The notes under the pieces were generated by a model that saw only the letters and a program-made list of their open reading frames with translations, ran no database searches and was not told where the DNA came from. Shown here piece by piece: positions 53,801 through 62,800 of a DNA stretch of 64,000 nucleotides (its first letter is position 1; every line of letters starts with the position of its first letter). This stretch comes from Asterias rubens (lineage: Eukaryota): positions 1,178,001-1,242,000 of the forward strand of contig NW_022985693.1 in NCBI RefSeq assembly GCF_902459465.1, in the 5' to 3' direction. Position numbers and translations under genes: made by a program.

Positions 53801-56800
53801 GGCATAACATGTGAAGGTTAGTTTGTAAAAAAAACATTGGTCTTGGGCCTGTAGTCCAGTGTTAAATTTGAGCCCTACTTTAGATTATTTACTGTCTCAC
53901 TGTATGATATACAACTTGAAATGACTTGATTGTTTTCTCCTGTTAGCATCTCTATGTGGCAATGTGACTTGTGAGAATGATGGCAAGTGTATGTTGACGG
54001 GGATGGACTCATATGTTTGCTCTTGTAAACAAGGATATTCAGGCGACCATTGTGAACTTGGTGAGATATTTGTTGTCATATTTTTGGTAGGTTTTGACCC
54101 TATAAATAAATTGTTTCCTCTTATTTTATAATGTTTATTTGATCCCTTTTGTCCACATACCGTACCAACCTGCCTGCTGCCTCAAGCCCCTGAGGAGTCT
54201 TGATTTTTACTTATGCGATTGAAATGCATCAAACAGCCAGAGATGAAGCACAATTTTAAAGCTCAAGGGTCTACTAAAATTACACGTGGTCCCTTTAATG
54301 TTATTTGTCATTTATAATTTGTAAATTGTAATTTTCTTTATGTTTTTTACTAATTATTGCTTTTAATTTATTGTTAATCATATCCAATTTGGCCTGTAGG
54401 CCACGAAATGTAATGCTAATAAAATGAAATGAATTGAAATCAGAAAAGTTGTCCCTTCCCCAACAACACACAAACACAACACATAGTGAGCAGTTGGGTG
54501 TGTGTAGGTGAACCGTACTTTTTGTACAGTAGAACAGTAATGACAAATGTACTTGCTTTCAATATAATCTTCTGGGTGTTTTTACATCTGGAATACCGTT
54601 AATTTGAAGGATATTTTGGAAAGTTTTAGGGAAAGGAGTATTTAACACATAGAGGCGTCACTTTTTGCTTCCAAAGGTATGTGGTGAATATTTTCAATCA
54701 GTTCATTAACAACTTGTTTTTTTAGATGAAAAAACAGTGGCCAATTTATGTAACCAAATTTTACCTTACTTAAGTTGATCTGTCTTTTGTTTTCAACCTC
54801 AAAGCTTCAATATGGTAGAGGGAAACAAAACACTAGTGTAAATCGTTTGAAAATTCTTTTCATCCTCTGCAAAATAAATTAGAAAAAAAAAAGAAAAAAA
54901 ATTGTCTTAAGATTTCCAGGTACATTAGAAAATCTTGTTACTTTACGTGCCGCTTTCAAGGAGTACATGACAATGTTTACTTGTGCACAAAAAGTGCTAA
55001 AGGGCCATCATTTTTCACACTCATTTTATTATTTGTTCACAGAAACAAAGCAGTGTGGCGCCAGCGGAGATCCCCACTACCAAACGTTCGACTCTGTTCG
55101 CTTTGACTTCCAAGGAGAATGCCGATATTTTTTTGTACAAAACTGCAAAGACCAAGACCCCTACTTCGATGTCATGCAACAGAACCAGAAAGATGTTGGG
55201 AATCAGAAAGTTGCATTTACTTCAGAAATTTGGATCCATTTCTATGACACGGTAAGTTGACAAAAGGATCCTCAAAACATAAACTAAGCCAACCTCATTC
55301 CCAGGGACAATCAATCTCCATGCGTACTTTTTTCCCCAGCAGACGCTGCTCGCTCTAGTCACAGAGCAACTCTCCAACATCGTTTTCAGTGGTGTACAAT
55401 GTCTCCGTGCCATCTTTTCCTAGAAAGCCTTTCTAGATCATAACCCCTGGAAGTGAGACATTATTGGGTATTTTAGCTATTCCATTTTCCCCACATTCCC
55501 CACATTCGTCACAAATTCACTACGTTCACAAGTCATTCTCTACCTCCTTACGTTGATCGGTCAATTTTTGCTGCTCTCACACCGCGAATATGCTGGCGAA
55601 TATGCTAACAGAAGGAAATATTTGACACTCGCTCAACTTCGCAACATTCGCCGTGTCTTCGTAAGCGTTGGTAACAAATTTGGAACGTTCACAACTGTTT
55701 CCCCACCTTCTTACGAAGATCGGTCAATTTACAAACCGGTTTGTAAATTTCAGTGAATGTTGGCAACGTTGGCAAAACGTGCGTAAGCGTTGGCAACATA
55801 TGTAAAGGCATTGGCAGGCGCTGGTAAGCACTCGTAATATATTCGTAAGATATTGGTAAGGAGAGGGCCGACCGAGGACGATCGAGGATGATCGAGGGTT
55901 GTGACCGAGATGAAAATATTCACTATTCAACCGCCATTTTGGACGAATTCAACGTAAAATTTAAGTATTCATCTTCGCAAGAACATTCGCCACTCTGCGA
56001 GAGGGGCGATACGAAGCGCTTCTGTACATTCAGCGAATGTTGTGAAGACGGTAATTCGCCATCGATTTTCGTAAGCATTGGTAAGCCATTTGTACTGTTG
56101 GTAAAGCGTGCGTATTGTGCTTAATATATTGGTAAGGAGGGGTTTAGGGACAACCGAGAACTAATTCACTATCAAATCGCAACTTTTTGGCGAATTCATC
56201 GCGAATTTCAAATATCATATTCGCAAGAATATTAGCCCAAGTGTGAGAGTAGCATACGCGCCATACAGAAGCCCTACCAGCATGACCAGTGCTTGAAAGG
56301 CACCTTTGAAAGTATTTAACAAGCGTGCCTGCAGACTAGTGATTTTCGGTCAGCCAATTAACCTAGTTTTACAGCACTTGCCTTTCAAGGGTTCCTGATG
56401 CTGCTGCCCATGTTAGCAAGACTAATACTTGTCTGAACAAACAAGCAAAAGTTAAGCTGAAGTGGTTTTAAGAACTAACCAATGCTAACCAGTTCTGACT
56501 TTAATTCTGCTTGTTTCCACTATAGGAAATTGTTTTGTATAGAGAAAAGAGGACTACTGTCAATGGACAGGAAATCATGCCACCATTTAGTCAAGGAGAA
56601 CTATTTCAAATCAACCTTAGGGGTGACAGAGTGGTAAGTTAAATATTGATGTAAGACCATTGCAATTACAGTTATGACTTTAATGTGTTATTTGGGGATC
56701 TTTCTTTACATATTAATTGTTCTCAAGAGCATATTACTCATGTACTTTTGACTTCAATTGAAGGTAAAATGAAGACCTGAATAGGGAAACAAGCCCATTG

Positions 56801-59800
56801 TGCACCATTTCTCGTTAAGCAATAGTTTAACCAAAATCTGGTTTGCCTTTTGTTAAAGCCATTGGACCCTTTCGGTAAACAGTGTTGTCCAAGGCCCACA
56901 CTTTGTGTACCACAACTTCTATATCAAATAACAAACCTGTGAAAATTTAGGCTCAATCGGTCATCGGAGTCGGGAGAAAACAACGGAAAAACCCACCCTT
57001 GTTTCCGCGCGTTTCGCCGTGTCATGACATGTGTTTCAAATAAATCCGTAATTCTCGTTAACGAGAATTTTTATTGTTTTGCTGTTTTCTCAAAAAGTAC
57101 AGCATTTCATGGAATAATATTTCAAGAGAAGTCTTTCACCATTGCCTTCTGTAAACCCTGTAAGTTATTTGTAAATCTGTGAACTTTTTTTTTTTTTTCT
57201 GAACCGAAAGGGTCCAATGGCTTTAACGAGATTCAAGATTTGTTGGCAAACTCCCAGTGAACTAGAATCTGCATTATAGTTATATGGAAAGGGATCCTAC
57301 GAGTAATTGGAAAAGGGATCCAAACAAACCTGCCAGAAAGAGCAAAGTTAAATAGTGCCCTCCCACAGCCACTTCCAAAGCACCTATTTTTTGTGCCATA
57401 TTTTAGCTCATTACAAGTATCATTTTTCAGTATCATGTGCGACCTTAGCTAAAATTAAAAAATTGTTGATCTCGGTTAGTTTTAGGAAAGAAACTTTAGC
57501 TTATTTTCGGAGATGGTATTCACTCAATAGCATTGAAGTAACAACATAAAGTATATTTATATATTTTCCTCTTATTTTTGTCTTGAAATTGAAAAAATTG
57601 GCATTGGTAAGCCATTTGTACTGTTGGTAAAGCGTGCGTATTGTGCTTAATATATTGGTAAGGAGGGGTTTAGGGACAACCGCGAACTAATTCACTATCA
57701 AATCGCAACTTTTTGGCAAATTCATCGCGAATTTCAAATATCAAATATCTTGAAAATTGAAAAAACTGTCATCTACATGGTTATCACTTTTGTTATGCAT
57801 TAAGGTTGTTTTCAAATCTCTCTCTCTCTCTCTGTCCTTTTGTGCAGATTGTCACCACAAACTTCACTCTAGAGGTATCATGGGATGGAAAAGCCAGCGT
57901 TAATGCTCAACTCTCTACTCAGTTTGCTAATGAAACGTGTGGTCTCTGTGGAAATATGGACGCCTCGGAAGAAAATGAGTTAGCATCACCTGGAAATGAT
58001 GAGGTAAGCCTGCCAAAAAGAATTGTATGTGTTTTGTAACTTGAACTCACTGTTTGTTTCAATCCTATACAAATATACATTCATAAATACCCCAGACAGT
58101 TTCTTTACTCCTATTGGTGGAGAGTGCGTCACGTGGGTGTGCATAAACCTTTTGTTAATGCACACTAGAGCTCTGTTTATAACATGCTGGGTTGCCGTGT
58201 CGGGCGCGCAAGATTATCACGCGGAACGCAATTCATAGCTATAGTAAAAGCGTGTAATCTAAGCGCGGGCGTGCGTCATGTAAGCGCGCGCGCTCACACA
58301 CAACCCACGCACATCGAACAGATTCTTCACAAAGTTTTGGGAAAAAATATTTCAAACCTCGAATTTTCAATTGTTAAAGTGTCTATAACTGTATTTTTTA
58401 ATGTTTTTTAACAAAAGGGCATTTATGAATGGGAATAAAAGAGTAGTGACTTGTTCTTAAACGTCCGTTTAAAACCTTGCAGGGTCAGCGGACGTGCGAT
58501 AAAGGCCAACGTACGTTGAAGAACTCGTCGCTACCCCTTTATTCCCTTAATAAAAAACAACTTGTAAAAATTTCAAAAGGTGGTAGTGTTTTTGAGATAT
58601 TCCTGAAAGTCTGGAGCGGTTAATAATAATTTGTTGAGATAAAAAGTGATCTCTTTTTCCATAACCGCAGTACTTTGAAGTGGAAAGTTTCTGAAAATGC
58701 ATTATACTATCCTAAGCTACTGTACTTACAATTTAAATTTCAGAGGCATTAAGCTAGGCAAAGCTATGTTTTGTTTATTGATGGCTTTTACCTTTAATAA
58801 GTATAATTATATGGACATCAGACTTATGAAAAACTCTTGTTGTTTTCCTTCAGGAGGATCCCAATGTATTTGGTAATTTCTGGGTGGCTAACCCTGAAGA
58901 ATGTTCATCCATTGAACCTCCGGGTGAAAACGTAGAATGTCCAGATGATGAGCAAGAGAAATTCAGATCGATCTGTGAACCATTGGTTGATACAAGAGGT
59001 AAGTTTAGTTGGATAGTAATCATAGGCAAATTACAGCGTCTTAATGGAGCCTTAAGATTGGGAGTAATTAGTCGTGTCATTGAGTTCATGTATATGGTTA
59101 GCGATAATGCCATTTGTATTTTTATAGTAGTATGAAGATTTGTTTATTCAAGATTTGTTTCTTTTTGGGGGGGGGGGGTGGGGTTGAATGGGTTTATGCA
59201 TTGAGGACACAGCTACTTTCCAACATCACTATATGATTTTACGCTTACTAATAACTAACTTCAATTCAATTCCATTTTTGTTGTCCATAAAATAGAAATT
59301 TGCTTTTTCAAACATGCTCATAACAGTTAACATACTTTTGGAATTATAGAATTACCAGGGATGCCAGTTTTCCAGCTATTGCCGGAATTCCGGCTTTTTC
59401 AAATTTTCCCCGATTTTTTTCCGGCGCTCTGTGTTTCATCTGGCCGAAAAAAAAAATCTTATTGAAAACAGATTTCCGGCGTTCCGTTTTTCATCTGGCC
59501 AGAGAAAATATATAAAATAATATCTGCCGTCAACTCGCTGTCAACTCGTCAACTCAACCACTTCCAAGATGGCAGGTATGAACTAGTCTTGACCTAAGGC
59601 CTCAGCGATCAACTAACATAAATTGCAGTACATACTACACATGCAGTACCAATCATTCACGCCTTGAGGCAAGACTATTCCAAATGCAGGAAAGCGCCCT
59701 CTGTTGTCCACTTTGTACAGGGCTGTGAAAAAGCAAGAAATGGCGACCGATGGCGACCGGCGGCTTTGTAGCTTAGAGATATTTTTCACGATCATCAAAA

Positions 59801-62800
59801 AAAATTCTTACAATCGAAATGTAGCCTTAAACTTTTCAAATTCTCTTTTAGCTTATACTGTATAGTTTTATGCATCTTTTGTGGATTTTAAATTTATTTT
59901 GGAGGAGTTGACGGCGAGTTGGTGGCACCAAGCGAGTTGACGGTAAGTTGTTGGACCCTCCCAATAATGTGCATTGCTGACACCGATCGAAAAAATTTAA
60001 TTGCAAAAGAAGTTTTTTATACAACCGATCCTCACATTTCATGGTTGAAAAAAAGTACTTAAAGGCAGAAATAAGAGGGTAAGATCGTCCAAAAATGAAA
60101 AAAAATAAAAAAATCTTGATGTTTTTTCTGATTTTTTTTTTTTTTTTCTGTTTTGAAATTTGTGATAATTATATAAAAACGGAAAATTCAAGACTAAAAT
60201 CAGACTATGCCTGCCTTTTTTTTGCAAGGGGGGGGGGTCAGAATTGTCTTTTTCTTTATGTTTCATCTAAAAAGTGCTGTTATGTTTCTTATAGTTTTTT
60301 TGGGTCTGACGGAGGGGGGGGGGCGGGGCGTGACCCCTTTTCCTTCAAAAAAAAATTTCAGGCTCTGAAGGAAAGAGCCACTGGCATCCCTGAATTACAA
60401 ATTGTTGTAAAGTATAACAATATTTATGTAATTAAAAACATTTCCAAAATCTACTTCATAAAGGACAGTAACAAGAAAGAACAGGAAAATATGAACAGAA
60501 TGTGGTAGAAACGAGTTTAAATGTCTATTGGTTCTGCACTTCTCAGCTTCCAGTTTCTGTTACTTATGTGTTTCATTGATTAAATTTACATCAATTTTAT
60601 TCCTGATGCATTACATGTATTATACACTTAAGTTGTTTTTGTCTTTGTATTGAATGTTAAATCATGATTACGTGGATATTTGATGTCTGGTGATATTTTG
60701 TGTTATTGCAGGACCATTCAGAAGGTGTCCTGATGACATAACAGACAGTGCTTTTGAAAACTGTGTGTATGACGGGTGTGCCCTTCGACCAGACACAACC
60801 ACCATCTGTGAAACATTTGCAGACACAATGAAACGTTGTCAGCGCATTGGCATTGAAATTGACAAATGGAGGAGAGATGACTTCTGTCGTAAGTTTTTAT
60901 TAAAAGCCGTTTATAACTGTTTGTTTACATCTCGTATTGCATTCTCCTCTACCTGCCAGGCCCCTTATGGACATGGGGCAACCCTGTTTCAGCCCCAGGA
61001 GTAGGTGACAATGTGCCCATGGTGGTCAATAGCCCAATTCAGTTAATTGTAGCCCTTGGCTTGGCCATCCGTGGCCTTGTGATGTAAGGCGATCTGTCAT
61101 ATAAAAGGTTGCAAATTAGCTAGGATATTTGTGCTGCAAGCTTTGCCGTCAAGAATATTATGAAATTAAAATTGTAAACATGTCTTTATTCTCTTGTTAA
61201 TCTTTGATTCATATATGTTTCTCAGTGACTTCAGTAATCACATATATTAATAATAGCAATGACAATTTATATAGCGCCCATCCATGAAACATGCTCCTTG
61301 GCGCTCAGCGATTAAAATGAAACCCTATTAAAATCCACACAGTTTTAAAACCTTAGAAAAAATATAACTAAAATGTAATTAAATGTATTAGTAGATGTTA
61401 CATTTGCATCGGTGATAAAGAATATTATGTTTTGGTTTTTACCCATATACACCGATGTTGTAGCACTGTATACTCATATACGGTGCTACATCATCGGTGT
61501 ATATGGGTAAAAACCAAAAATTCATATAATTAAATGTAATTAAATGCAGTACACACATCTTGTGTCAGCATTGTAAACGCTTATTTTCTTGTGTTTATTC
61601 TTGCAGCATACCAGTGCCCCCCTCAGTCTACCTATAAGGTATGTGCCAATGTATGCCAGAGACGTTGTGGTGAAGCGGAGCATCCAGACAACTTTGAATG
61701 TCCTCATCCATGTGAAGAAGGGTGTGAATGTAATGAGGACCATGTATTAGACAGTGATGGCAACTGTAAACCAATAGAAGAGTGTGGCTGTTTTGATGAC
61801 GGTTTTTACCATCTGGTAAGTCTTATCAATTTGTGTTTTGGAATAATAGTATGCACTATCTATCATCATCAATAATTAGGATTTGAGACTTTGCATTGTG
61901 GAAATACGATATATAGAAAGGTTTGCGGTAACACCATGTAATGACTATCTTGGATGGGTTCTGAAAAGAACCGTTGGTTTCAACTTGACGTTTCGATCAG
62001 TATGCTCTGATCGTCTTCAGTTGAAACCAACGGTTCTTTTCAGAACCACCCCAACTCATCAGAGATAGTCATTACATGGTGTTACCGCAAACCTTTCTAT
62101 ATCATCAATAATGTATCTTATTTCATCTTATTTTATCTTATTGCATTTTGCAAATAAATCTATCAATAATGTCTGTCTTTAAACCTTGTTTCTGCGTTAG
62201 CTGATTCCATTGAAGCTCAGTTTTATAATAGACTGAACATACCTGAGTTGAATGGGAAAGCTCAAGCTGAGGTCTTATTTGACGAGTTGAACTAATGGTC
62301 ACTCTTATTGGTCATTGTTATCTTGCTATAGAGTGGAGTACCATACATGCGTGAAGGTTGTATGGAACGTTGTACTTGTGAGAATAGAGAGATAAACTGT
62401 GAAGGAGTCATGTGCCATCATAATGCCTCATGTGCCCTAGAAGATGGAGACATTGGATGCCACTGTGATGAGGGATTCCTAGGAAATGGAATGGAGTGCA
62501 TGAGTTAGTATCATACTAGAATCATATTAATCAATGGCCTTACTCTAGTGTAGTAGGTAAAGTATACCATTGGTTTTCAGAACTGTTTGGTTGTTTCATT
62601 TCATTTTTAAAAGGTGGTAGTTTTTCGTGAATATGTCCACGCAGGAAGAACTATCCTTGACAGGAATACACAACCTGAGGAACCCGACTGCAATAATGCT
62701 TCTCAGATATGAATTTTGGGGCATTAAATTTATACCTTATTACATATCCACATTACTTCAAAGTGAAACTTTTCTCAAAATGCCTCCACTATGAGAGCTA

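Noticed and set aside
62030-62065. Second CUGAUGA...GAAA on the minus strand of the hairpin arm
   Set aside because: The intervening sequence forms no stem II and there is no NUH site geometry.
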